In this document: piece after piece, positions 1-9,133 of the stretch
Numbering within the stretch: the stretch's first letter is position 1
Layout: every line of letters starts with the position of its first letter
From: Candidatus Jordarchaeia archaeon
Lineage (GTDB): Archaea; Asgardarchaeota; Jordiarchaeia; Jordiarchaeales; Jordiarchaeaceae
Assembly (NCBI GenBank): GCA_029856435.1
Contig: JAHQXB010000010.1
Location: 1 to 21,945, forward strand
Reading direction: 5' to 3'
Length of the DNA stretch: 21,945 nt
Position numbers and translations under genes: made by a program
The notes under the pieces: generated by a model
The model's database searches: none
Seen by the model: the letters and a program-made list of their open reading frames with translations, nothing else
Told to the model about the DNA's origin: nothing

Positions 1-127
1 CGCGAAAAAGACTTTTTTAAACAAGTTCATAAAAATGCAAAAGTTAAAAAACAGAGTTTTAGTATGATTGCTTTGATTTATACAGTTGTAAGCCCATTTT
101 GTGAGAAGTAAGGAAAAGGTGTGAGCC

Positions 128-931
128 ATGAAGCAAACTTTTGAAACTATTCTCTACGAGGTGGAAGAAGGCGTAGCCACGATAACCTTGAATCGCCCAG
201 AGGTTTTGAACGCCTTTAACACCCAAATGAATCAAGACCTTAAACTAGCTTTAAAGAAAGCCAAAGAAGATGAGAATGTTAGGGCCATAATAATTACCGG
301 CGCAGGTAGGGGTTTCTGCTCCGGGGCCGATGTTAAAAGCTTCGCTGAGGGTGTAGCTCTAGAGTCTTTCAAAAAAATGGTGGAAAACGAGGAACTAATG
401 GATTTGCTAATCTCCCCCTACGATTTGATTAACGTGGAGAAACCGATAATCGCCGCCGTGAACGGGGTCGCCGTAGGGTTCGGGATGAACCTCTGCATAA
501 ACTGCGACATTGTAATAGCTTCAGAGAAGGCAAGCTTCGGGGAATTCTTTGTAAAAATGGGAGTCCTCCCAGACATGAACGGCTGCTTCATACTACCCAG
601 AATAGTTGGAATACACAAAGCAAAAGAACTAATATTCACAGGAGACAGAATCGACGCCAAGGAGGCGGAGCGCATAGGACTGGTAAACAAAGTTGTCCCC
701 CACGAGGAACTAATGTCCACCGCAAAGGCGCTGGCAAAAAAACTAGCTGAAAACCCGCCCCTCGCCATAGGTATGGCCAAGAGACTGATACATGAGGGAT
801 ACGGTGAATTTTTCAGTGAAATGTTAAAACGGGAGATTCGCTACCAAGCCAAGTTATATGCATCCGAAGACCACAGAGAAGCAGCCCTAGCTTTCCTAGA
901 AAAAAGAAAACCAGTATTCAAAGGAAAATGA
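128..931 (+). CDS. Enoyl-CoA hydratase/isomerase (crotonase) family protein, PaaG-like active-site pattern
   Basis: 267 aa. Crotonase motifs ITLNRPEVLNAF, GRGFCSGADV, KPIIAAVNGVAVGFG, GVLPDMNG and C-terminal FLEKRKPVFKGK. Confidence 0.95.
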   Translation: MKQTFETILYEVEEGVATITLNRPEVLNAFNTQMNQDLKLALKKAKEDENVRAIIITGAGRGFCSGADVKSFAEGVALESFKKMVENEELMDLLISPYDLINVEKPIIAAVNGVAVGFGMNLCINCDIVIASEKASFGEFFVKMGVLPDMNGCFILPRIVGIHKAKELIFTGDRIDAKEAERIGLVNKVVPHEELMSTAKALAKKLAENPPLAIGMAKRLIHEGYGEFFSEMLKREIRYQAKLYASEDHREAALAFLEKRKPVFKGK

Positions 932-949
932 AGGAAAAATATTCCTTTC

Positions 950-1780
950 TCACTTCTGGGCAACATATATGGCGTAATTTATATACCGCTTACCTTCTTC
1001 AATTTTCACATTTTTAAAACCCGTCTTTTCTAGAAGGTTGGCCCAGTACTGTTTAGGCTTCCAGACGAATGCGAAGAATAGCATAGCAAAAAGCATTTTA
1101 GTGTCTCTTAGAAGTTCAATGGTTATGAATTTTCTACCGGGCTTTAAAACCCGCCTTATTTCCTTTAGGGCTTTAATTTTATCTTCATCGCCATGTAATT
1201 CATGCAGTACGGAGCCTGCGGTTACTGTGTTAAAGGTGTTATCTGGGTAGGGAATCTCCAAAATGTTCCCATATTTGAATTCTATCCTATCGATAACACT
1301 CTCTATTTCAGCGTTTTTGTAGGCCTGGTCAGGGGAATTCCCGCTCATTCCGCCGTAAATGTCGATGCCTACCACTTTTCCTTTATCCAAAATCTTAGCC
1401 CAACTGATGGCAACCGAACCTGTACCGCACCCAACATCCAGAAGATGCTCCTCATACTTAACACCCTCTTTTTCCGCAACCTGTTTCCACATATTAGAAG
1501 TGTATCGAGGTCTGAGTAGCAAATAATGCATCGGTATATAGGAAGAACCAAAATATAATCCCACAAAAGCCACAGGTATGCCGATAAGCAGTAAAATCCA
1601 GCTCAAAGGCGAATCAATGAGAAAACCTGCCAAAGCCAAAAGTAACCCCATCACACCCACAATTGTAACTCTTAGGAAGGGTTTGAGGGCAACGTATCCA
1701 TAGTTTGGCTTCTGACTCCTCTTCTTTAGGGCTTCCCCTTTTTGAGGTTTTAAAACAGCCTTTTTGCCCAAAACTATCAT
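950..1780 (-). CDS. Class I SAM-dependent methyltransferase with N-terminal membrane helices
   Basis: Motif I LLDVGCGTG, VGID, and later EIRRVLKPG. Two hydrophobic stretches near the N-terminus. The start overlaps the upstream stop (ATGA at 1777-1780). Confidence 0.9.
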   Translation of the reverse strand: MIVLGKKAVLKPQKGEALKKRSQKPNYGYVALKPFLRVTIVGVMGLLLALAGFLIDSPLSWILLLIGIPVAFVGLYFGSSYIPMHYLLLRPRYTSNMWKQVAEKEGVKYEEHLLDVGCGTGSVAISWAKILDKGKVVGIDIYGGMSGNSPDQAYKNAEIESVIDRIEFKYGNILEIPYPDNTFNTVTAGSVLHELHGDEDKIKALKEIRRVLKPGRKFITIELLRDTKMLFAMLFFAFVWKPKQYWANLLEKTGFKNVKIEEGKRYINYAIYVAQK

Positions 1781-2319
1781 TCCTTTTTCTCACTCAATTT
1801 TTTTTGAAAATTGTATACTTTTTCTCCCTTTTTTGAAAGTTTGAATAACCCGGAGCTGGTTATCTTAGAAATTATTTCCTCTTCGTTCATGTGGTGGTCG
1901 CTTAAGGATAGTATTCCGCCCGGTTTCAGTACCCTGTATAACTCTTTCAACACACTGTTTGGATCACTTAATGCATGAAAGGTGTCATATAGTAGAACCA
2001 CATCGATGCTCTCGCTTGGTAAACCGGTTTTGCAGTCTGAAGTGATAGTTTCAACATTTGTCAATCCTTTTTTTGAAGAGATTTTCTGGACTGCTTGGGC
2101 GGCTAGTGGATTCATATCCAGGGCATAAATTTTTCCAGATTTGCCCACTAACTCAGCTGTGGGAAGTATGTAACTTCCGGGGCCACATCCATAATCAAGC
2201 ACATGGTCTCCCAGTTTTATACCCACCTCTTTTAGAATATTCCTGCGGGGAGAAAAGAAGTCACGCAGTTTGAAGCTGAATGTCATCATTTTAAAGTGCA
2301 GCTTATTTGAATCCATCAA
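1777..2319 (-). CDS. Class I SAM-dependent methyltransferase
   Basis: VLDYGCGPG, YALD, ELYRVLKPGG. ATGA overlap with the upstream AbrB-like gene. Confidence 0.92.
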   Translation of the reverse strand: MMDSNKLHFKMMTFSFKLRDFFSPRRNILKEVGIKLGDHVLDYGCGPGSYILPTAELVGKSGKIYALDMNPLAAQAVQKISSKKGLTNVETITSDCKTGLPSESIDVVLLYDTFHALSDPNSVLKELYRVLKPGGILSLSDHHMNEEEIISKITSSGLFKLSKKGEKVYNFQKKLSEKKE

Positions 2320-2600
2320 GATTTACTCCTTTTTTTGTCATCCTTTTCTTTCTTTTCTTTAGGTAGTTCGAAGGGCTCTAGTGGTGCTTCTTCTGGGGCG
2401 GCAAGTATTTTCATTGCGAATCCTTTGAGCCCCTCAACTTTGGCTATGGCGATTCCCTTATTTAGATCCCCCATTACTATGAGGGTGTCTCCGGGATTGA
2501 TTTTGAACATTTCGCGAGCTTCTTTGGGTATCACTATTTGTCCTCGTTCGCCCACTTTTACGGTTCCGAAAATGAACTTATCTTTACCTATCTTCGCCAC
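2316..2600 (-). CDS. AbrB/MazE/SpoVT-family DNA-binding protein
   Basis: GTVKVGERGQIVIPKEAREMFKINPGDTL is a swapped-hairpin signature. GTG start. First gene of a three-gene overlapping operon. Confidence 0.92.
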   Translation of the reverse strand: MAKIGKDKFIFGTVKVGERGQIVIPKEAREMFKINPGDTLIVMGDLNKGIAIAKVEGLKGFAMKILAAPEEAPLEPFELPKEKKEKDDKKRSKS

Positions 2601-2654
2601 AATTCACACCAATCACACTATTCATATTTGTCATACTTGTAATACAAATCATAT
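2601..2654 (-). promoter_or_regulatory. Six tandem 9-nt units (RTRTGA core) abutting the AbrB-like start codon; probable operator
   Basis: Minus strand reads ATATGATTT GTATTACAA GTATGACAA ATATGAATA GTGTGATTG GTGTGAATT, then the GTG start. The operator role is inferred. Confidence 0.6.
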
Positions 2655-2975
2655 TATTTTAAATCTTTCCGAATGGTCAATTAAATTTAGTTTTGTTTTA
2701 TCCCCCACAAATCAAGCTTTCACCATTCTCCAATTTTGCACACAAAATAATTAAAAATACTATAAATCCTACTTTCCGCCACTCATGAATTTTTGATATT
2801 TTTTTTCTCTTTCCCAATTTATGCTAATGTCTCTTGCTGAGATTGAGAGGCTCCCAGAAAATTATCCGGTAAAGGTCTGACATTCTTCGTATAGACCTAC
2901 AAATACTACCAAAAATAAAAAAATAAACCAAGGATGCGGAGAGTGGAATAAATTACAATTTTGTTTACTCATTCT

Positions 2976-3175
2976 GACCCAGTTTTAACCTTGCGTAACT
3001 TTGGGTCTTCCTCCCTCAAGTTCCATGGTGAGGCTTTCTCCCGGGGAACGGTTGAAGCAGGCACATCTCTCTTGCTTTCGGTGGGATGTCCCCAATTGTG
3101 GCTCTGCCCTCTTTGAGCTTTTTCGAACTTCAACCCGGCATTCCGAGCTGGGCCGGAATCGGCTGCACGACACAT
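2976..3175 (-). ncRNA. Candidate structured RNA; 3' half resembles a TnpB omega-RNA/right end (orphan locus A)
   Basis: GC-rich island in AT-rich intergenic DNA. Stems ATTCCG/CGGAAT (3140-3159), GGTTGAAG/CTTCAACC (3128-3135 with 3050-3057) and GACCCA/TGGGTC (2976-3007). Motifs are collinear with the IS607 right end at 11315-11385. Confidence 0.5.
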
Positions 3176-3795
3176 GTATATGTATGGTTGTTTTTGAAGA
3201 ATGATAGATTTAATGGTTTTTCTTTAACGTTAACTGTTGGAGTCAATTTTAACAAACTTTACTCTAAATATAGAGTTTCTCATTAATTTTTTCCTAAACC
3301 TATCCTTGACCGGGGTTATTTAAGGCTTCTTTCCCCAAAAAAGGCGGAAAAAACCATACTTTCTGGAAGCGAAAAGGAAAAAAATTAAATGGAAAGTCTA
3401 TAGTTTTAACACCCCTCAAAAGTGGCAAAAAGGGCGATTTTGTCAAAATTAAAAGAAAAAGGCGAGAGAAATAAACGGAAACAGAATAAATTTAACATTA
3501 CCAAAAATTTGGCAGAATTGTTGTGTGACCGGCAATCACTAGTTTTCTTTAACAGGAAGTACATCGCTTTGGGGGTTAAACATTATTTTCTTGAAGACAG
3601 TTTGAAGCCAGATTATTTCCTTGCAGTTTTTTCGAGAATTTTTTAACTGGTAAAAGGTTTCCCTCCCTCAAGAGTTTTGTGCTTCTAATTTTCATTAAAT
3701 TTTTTTATAACAATTTGCAATATATTTATATATTAAATTACATCTATCTATCTTTAAGGGAAGTTTATGCATGTAAATTCTGGGAGAAATGTGGA

Positions 3796-4278
3796 ATGTA
3801 TGGGGTAGCGAGGAAACCAGAAGTGGATAGAACTTTTCAAGACTTAAAACCAGTTAAACTGTTTGAGAGACCTTGCAGACGCTGCGAAAAGCTAGTAGGA
3901 GTATCCATACTATATGATGTGAATGTCTTTGGGAGAGTCCCGTTAAACTATCATTACACCTGTGAAGAGGGAAGAGTTTTATCCGCCACTTCAAAGAGGG
4001 ATGGTGGATGTCCGATTAACTCTTTCCAGCCCTCAAAAGGCGGAGAAATTGAATTAACACCCGAATCTCTGACTAAAAATGGTTTCACAAAATTGAATTA
4101 CGAAAAGTACATCGCAAAGTTGGATCCAAATCACCCCCAAGCTAAGCGCTACGGCGAAATAATCATCCACCCAGGAGAAGAACTTCTCAAGTTCATTTCC
4201 CAAATCTATGATATATGGATAAAGAAAGGAGAAAACAACGGTGAAAATAACACGCACTTTGCACCAGTCTCAAAATAA
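3796..4278 (+). CDS. Hypothetical protein with a CxxC motif
   Basis: The ATG at 3796 is preferred, because the ORF-track extension to 3679 runs through AT-rich promoter-like DNA. Contains CRRC plus two more Cys. No family recognised. Confidence 0.65.
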   Translation: MYGVARKPEVDRTFQDLKPVKLFERPCRRCEKLVGVSILYDVNVFGRVPLNYHYTCEEGRVLSATSKRDGGCPINSFQPSKGGEIELTPESLTKNGFTKLNYEKYIAKLDPNHPQAKRYGEIIIHPGEELLKFISQIYDIWIKKGENNGENNTHFAPVSK

Positions 4279-4573
4279 GTGCACTGAAGTAGTTAAATAG
4301 ATAAATAACAGGGGGACTTGCCAAAAAGCCAAACACTTAGCCCAAAAGCCCCGAATAATAAAAAAGGCATATTATTAGGTTTTTGAAAATTTTTCTGTGA
4401 AAAAACCCCTTTATACATCCTTACCAAAAATTTCCAGAGACTATGCTTGCGGTGGATGCATATCAAGATGAAATTAATTGTTAATTTTTTTGAGGATATG
4501 CCTTTGAAAGGTAGGCAAATCAGTTGCGAATTAGTTTCCTTTTTGGAAAACCCCTTTTTTAAAGATGGATAAT

Positions 4574-4681
4574 GGTGATGTAGAATCGTTCGGTTTCGCC
4601 TCAAAAAAGGGGTGTTTATAGGGCTTCTTTCACGATTTGGAGCCTTATTAGGGAGATGGAGCCGAATAAATCTGCATCACC
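4574..4681. mobile_element. MITE copy 1 (108 bp)
   Basis: Imperfect 20 bp terminal inverted repeats: GGTGATGTAGAATCGTTCGG and CCGAATAAATCTGCATCACC. 10 bp target-site duplication GATGGATAAT at 4564-4573 and 4682-4691. A second copy lies at 21505-21610. Confidence 0.92.
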
Positions 4682-4783
4682 GATGGATAATTTTGCTAAG
4701 GTTTAAATGTTGCCAGTTAATATAGTCCTTAATAACAAATATACCCTGCGTATTTCAGAATAAATCTGGTAGGATTGAGGTTT

Positions 4784-5734
4784 ATGATATTTCTAGAGGG
4801 TAAAGAGGTTGAGGTAATAGACATCCATGTTCATCCTCCCGATACACTTATGGATCCTGCTCCTCCGGGTTTTAATTCCGTGGAGGGAGAGCTACTGGCC
4901 AGAATGGACGAGGCTGGAGTTGACAAAGTGGCTTTATTAGCCTTCGATGTGGACAAAAACGATGTTGCCGCAAACCAAGACCTATTCTATAGACCAGTGA
5001 GATACATCCGAAACTTGGGAGGCGGAACTTTTGGAAGCATTCTTATCGAAATAATGTCTTGGTTTGATAGGGTTAACCGGTCCGAGGATGACATATACAA
5101 GTATGTTGAAAAGGATCCTAAAAGAATAATTGGTTTCGGCTCCATTAATCCAAAAAGGCCAGATAATGAGATTAGAGAAAAAATGAAAAAAATGAAAAAA
5201 TATGGATTTAAGGGGATAAAGCTTATTCCCACCTTCCAGTTCTGTAACCCCTGTGATGAGCGTCTAAACCCCGTGTACGAATACGCCCAGAAAGAGAACC
5301 TAGTCATCCTAACACACACGGGATGCGATCCAGGATTGTGGGAGTATCCTGACTTCTGTGAGGATGCGAAACCAACCCACCTGGCTAGTGTTGCTGAGAG
5401 GTATCCCCGTCTAAATATAGTGGGGGCGCATCTTGGCAGTTATAGTGCAGAGAACCCGGGAATATGGTTTGAGGAGATGATGCAAGTAGTTGAACAGTAC
5501 GATAACATATATACCGATACCTCTGCGGTAGACCCCGAACTGGTGAGGAGAGCAGTAGACAGGGTGGGTTCTGAAAAAATATTGTTTGGAAGTGATTACC
5601 CTGTGGTTCTCACCTACTGCGACCGCAAGGTGGGTATGCTTCTAAACCTAGGCAACATATTAAATCTGGACATGAGCACAGAGGACAAGATAAACATCTT
5701 GGGAAAAAATGCAAAAAAGATACTAAAACTTTAA
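4784..5734 (+). CDS. Amidohydrolase family protein (Amidohydro_2-like, TIM barrel)
   Basis: IDIHVH, GFKGIK, HTG, GAHLG, DTSA and LFGSDYP. The ATG at 4784 is preferred over the TTG at 4775. Confidence 0.92.
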   Translation: MIFLEGKEVEVIDIHVHPPDTLMDPAPPGFNSVEGELLARMDEAGVDKVALLAFDVDKNDVAANQDLFYRPVRYIRNLGGGTFGSILIEIMSWFDRVNRSEDDIYKYVEKDPKRIIGFGSINPKRPDNEIREKMKKMKKYGFKGIKLIPTFQFCNPCDERLNPVYEYAQKENLVILTHTGCDPGLWEYPDFCEDAKPTHLASVAERYPRLNIVGAHLGSYSAENPGIWFEEMMQVVEQYDNIYTDTSAVDPELVRRAVDRVGSEKILFGSDYPVVLTYCDRKVGMLLNLGNILNLDMSTEDKINILGKNAKKILKL

Positions 5735-5861
5735 CTTGCTCACCCTTGGAACCAAATTAAACTTGTAGACAGCCCAAAATTCTTTCGTGTGGAGCAATTA
5801 TACCCGATGCTAATTTTCTTTTTTGGTAGGTTTTTCATAATTTCCTTCCCAAAATTTTTAT

Positions 5862-6305
5862 TCAGTTTTTAAAAATTTTAGACTTGAATTTTCCGAGCAA
5901 ATCTCGCTGTCTACCTAGGAGGCCGCTTTTTTCCAGAAAGTTTTCAATCTCGGAAACAATTTTTAACGCATCCTCTTTGTTCGAAGGGTTGGATTTAGGA
6001 TAGATTGACTGCACAAAATTTGTGAGTCCATCAATGTACTTTTGATACTTTTTCAACTCGTCATGGGACTCGATTTGAAAAGCAACGAAAAAATTGTTTC
6101 TAGTCACTAACAGAAATTTTCCCCTCTCCATATGTATGGCTTGCAAATCTTCCCCACCAACTTCCCTTGCAAGGTTGTTTAGCGCAGTTAGTAAACCACT
6201 AACAGACAAGCTGTCAAGCTTCTCCAACTGGCATGCATCATGACCTACACAGCGCGCATAGATAGGCGTGCCATTAATGTCAATAATAAAAATATGTTTA
6301 ATCAT
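5862..6305 (-). CDS. Stand-alone longin-like domain protein (Asgard eukaryotic-signature type)
   Basis: N-terminal strand HIFIIDINGTPIY, helix SVSGLLTALNNLAREV, then strands LQAIHM/KFLLV/FFVAF. Same pattern as the N-terminal domain of 18186-19184. The fold call is from pattern recognition only. Confidence 0.75.
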   Translation of the reverse strand: MIKHIFIIDINGTPIYARCVGHDACQLEKLDSLSVSGLLTALNNLAREVGGEDLQAIHMERGKFLLVTRNNFFVAFQIESHDELKKYQKYIDGLTNFVQSIYPKSNPSNKEDALKIVSEIENFLEKSGLLGRQRDLLGKFKSKIFKN

Positions 6306-6510
6306 AGTGATGACACCTTATCTGAGCAAAACCAAAGCATCCCTTAAAACGCTGAATTATTTACTGGTACTACTTCAATATATTGGTTTTGAAAAGCTTG
6401 TCCCCCTTTCGTTAGCGCGATTTTATTATTCTGTTTGAAGAATTGCTGTTCCCCAAAAAAATAAAAATGGTTTTGGAATTTGAAGCTTGTCTAAAACAGC
6501 GTCCAAACCT

Positions 6511-7071
6511 TTACGCAAATGTTTTGAATTTGTTTTTAGGTGCATTACATATGGGGCATTTTTCTGGGGCTTCGCCTTCAACTGTGTGACCGCACACCGT
6601 GCATATTTGGATTGGGCCCAGTTTGATATCTTTACCCTGGTCTACGATTTTTTTTGCGTTCTCAAACATGCTCTTGTGGATTTTCTCGGCTTCCAAAGCA
6701 TATCTGAAACTGGTCTCCGCGCCCTTTTCCTTTTGTAATTTAGCTACTTCCAAATAGGCAGGATACATCTCCACTATTTCGAAAGTCTCTCCGTCTATGC
6801 CCGCTTGGAGATCCTCTGAAGTATTCTTGCTGCCAAAAACACCACCAGAAGCCACGAGAGCATGTCCTTTACTCACAATATTCCTATAATGATTGGTTGC
6901 GTGAACTTGCTCAGCAAAAGCTATAGCTGTAAACAGCCTCCCAACATTTGGAAAGTTATTTGCTTTCGCCCTTTCTGCAAAGATCATATACCGCATATGG
7001 GCTTGGCTCTCGCCACCATACGCGCTACGAAGATTTGCTTCAGTCATTTCCTTTACCATGCGTAATTCCAT
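6511..7071 (-). CDS. rbr: Rubrerythrin
   Basis: Di-iron motifs GESQAHMRY, EQVH, ETFE..MYPAY and EKIH. C-terminal rubredoxin-like CTVCGH...CPIC. The true start may be a few codons downstream. Confidence 0.96.
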   Translation of the reverse strand: MELRMVKEMTEANLRSAYGGESQAHMRYMIFAERAKANNFPNVGRLFTAIAFAEQVHATNHYRNIVSKGHALVASGGVFGSKNTSEDLQAGIDGETFEIVEMYPAYLEVAKLQKEKGAETSFRYALEAEKIHKSMFENAKKIVDQGKDIKLGPIQICTVCGHTVEGEAPEKCPICNAPKNKFKTFA

Positions 7072-7555
7072 CCCTTATAATTTAGGGACAACCAAACAAA
7101 ACTACTATTTATATATTATCAAAAATTCCTCAACTCATTCCGAAAAAAGTCTAGCAATTATTCAGCAGCAACTAGTAATGATATGAACATATTTTTAATA
7201 GTCCTCAGTTTTTTGGGATATTTTATTTTTGACAAGGATGGGAAACAAGCTATCTCCCCTTTTCAACACATTTATGTAGAAAAACGGGAGCCTTTACAAG
7301 GAGGAAACCACGGAACACATTCACCAACACGTTCAACACTCTAAGAGGCACTGTTTACACATGTACGTGTTTATTTGGCTGTTTGCTCCCCCCTTTGCAT
7401 ATTCTAAATTTGGAAAAGGAGCCTGATTTAAAGAAATATTTCAGATGCAAAACTGAATTGTGCTAAAAGTAACCACAGAAATTAAACCAAAAAAATAAAA
7501 GCAAGATTGGACACCGAGAACTTCAAATTTACTCACTGTTGAGGAAGTCAAAACT

Positions 7556-9133
7556 ATGGCAAAAAGTAAGGAAGAAACTACCGGAAGCTCTAGAGAAAAA
7601 ACGGGCGAAAGCAAGAGGACGATGGGAACACTAGGATTATCCTTCTTTGTCAACAACGCGGACACACAGGCACTTCCAACCTACCTAACCTCCATAGGAA
7701 GAGAATTTAGAGTAGCACGGACCTCGCTGGGTTTCGTGAACACAGTTAGCTCACTGGTTCAAACAGCCGCCCTACCCATTTGGGGATATCTATCAGACAG
7801 GTTCTCACGCAAAAAAACGCTAGTAGCAGGAATACTAATATGGGCCACCGCAACACTTCTCATATCCTTTTCGGCAAGCTTTGAACAGCTACTATACTTC
7901 AGAATCCTCGTAGGAATAGGACTAGCAGCCATTGTACCCACAGCATTCTCAATAATAGTAGACATGTACAAACCAGAAGTTCGAGGCAGAATGTTCGGCA
8001 TATTCTGGCTCATGGGTATGCTGGGAATAGTAGTAACGGTGCCGGTTCTGGGGATGCTTGACGCTCCCAGCCTAACATTCGGAATTGAATCCAACCTAAC
8101 CCAACTACTCATACTGCAGTATGTGCCTGGATTTTTGGACTGGCTCAAATCCCTACTATTATGGGACTACGTACTGAAACAGACAGTATATCTGGGTGCA
8201 TGGAGGTCTGGTTTTCAGCTGCTGGCCATAGTGTGCTATGTGGTGGCAGGTCTTGTGGCCGCATTCCTGAAGGAGCCTATACGGGGAGCGTCGGAGAAGG
8301 AGCTAATGGACGTAATCACCAAGGAAAACGTGGAAAAATACAAAATAGACCGAAAAGCAGTTGGAGATGTGTTCAGGATACCAACTATGTGGGTCATCAT
8401 TGCACAGGGGCTGACAGGGTACTTCCCGTGGATAGTGTATCAGGTTTGGCTTATACACTGGTTGGAGAGTGTACGTTACCTTGCTCCAGAGCAGGCTACC
8501 ATGGTTTTTGCAATGATTGTGCTGGGTGCAGCTGTAGGCAGTCTCATAGGCGGTTTTCTGGGAGATAAAATGGAGGCGAGAACTCCCAATAGAGGTAGAG
8601 TTATTGTTGCGCAGATTTCAGTTTTTGTCGGTATTCCTATGTCTTGGATTCTCTTGTTCTTGGTGCAGGACTTCATGATGTTCATGCTTGTCGCGTTTGT
8701 TACGGCGGCTCTGATTAACTGGCCTGGCAGTGGCGCTGTTTATCCTATTGTTGCTTCTGTTAATAAGCCAGAGGTTAGGAGTACTGCCTGGTCTCTGGAA
8801 CAGATTTTCGAGCAGGGATTCGGGGCCTTCGCCGCGGTTCTTGTGGGCTTCTTCGCTGATAACATAATAAATGGTGGAGTCGCCGGGTTTGTTATGGGCT
8901 GGGTTAGCCCCAATATAGGTTTATGGCTGATTTGGGGCACACCAGTAGTGGAGCTTCTGTGCTGGATGACCCTGTCAGGTCAAGCTCTGACATATTCCAT
9001 GGTGCTATTCGTAACTATTCCTTGGACTTTATCGTTCTTATTCTGGTCCCTTGCCTACAAGTACTATCCCAAGGACAGACAAAAGATAATTGACCTACTA
9101 ATGCAGAGACGAAAAGAACTAGTCAAGAAATAG
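7556..9133 (+). CDS. Major facilitator superfamily transporter
   Basis: About 12 or more hydrophobic segments. Motif A in both halves (GYLSDRFSRK, GFLGDK). Also RILVGIG. Confidence 0.93.
   Translation: MAKSKEETTGSSREKTGESKRTMGTLGLSFFVNNADTQALPTYLTSIGREFRVARTSLGFVNTVSSLVQTAALPIWGYLSDRFSRKKTLVAGILIWATATLLISFSASFEQLLYFRILVGIGLAAIVPTAFSIIVDMYKPEVRGRMFGIFWLMGMLGIVVTVPVLGMLDAPSLTFGIESNLTQLLILQYVPGFLDWLKSLLLWDYVLKQTVYLGAWRSGFQLLAIVCYVVAGLVAAFLKEPIRGASEKELMDVITKENVEKYKIDRKAVGDVFRIPTMWVIIAQGLTGYFPWIVYQVWLIHWLESVRYLAPEQATMVFAMIVLGAAVGSLIGGFLGDKMEARTPNRGRVIVAQISVFVGIPMSWILLFLVQDFMMFMLVAFVTAALINWPGSGAVYPIVASVNKPEVRSTAWSLEQIFEQGFGAFAAVLVGFFADNIINGGVAGFVMGWVSPNIGLWLIWGTPVVELLCWMTLSGQALTYSMVLFVTIPWTLSFLFWSLAYKYYPKDRQKIIDLLMQRRKELVKK

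Noticed and set aside
2969-3204. Short ORFs 2969-3175, 2985-3173 and 3001-3204 as real genes; locus A as RNase P or SRP RNA
   Set aside because: Three overlapping short ORFs are what a GC-rich island produces by chance. The RNase P P4 motifs and the SRP helix 8 motif were not found.
3422-3646. 74 aa ORF, and ORF 4293-4604
   Set aside because: Low-complexity AT-rich composition with no motifs. ORF 4293-4604 starts inside the MITE.
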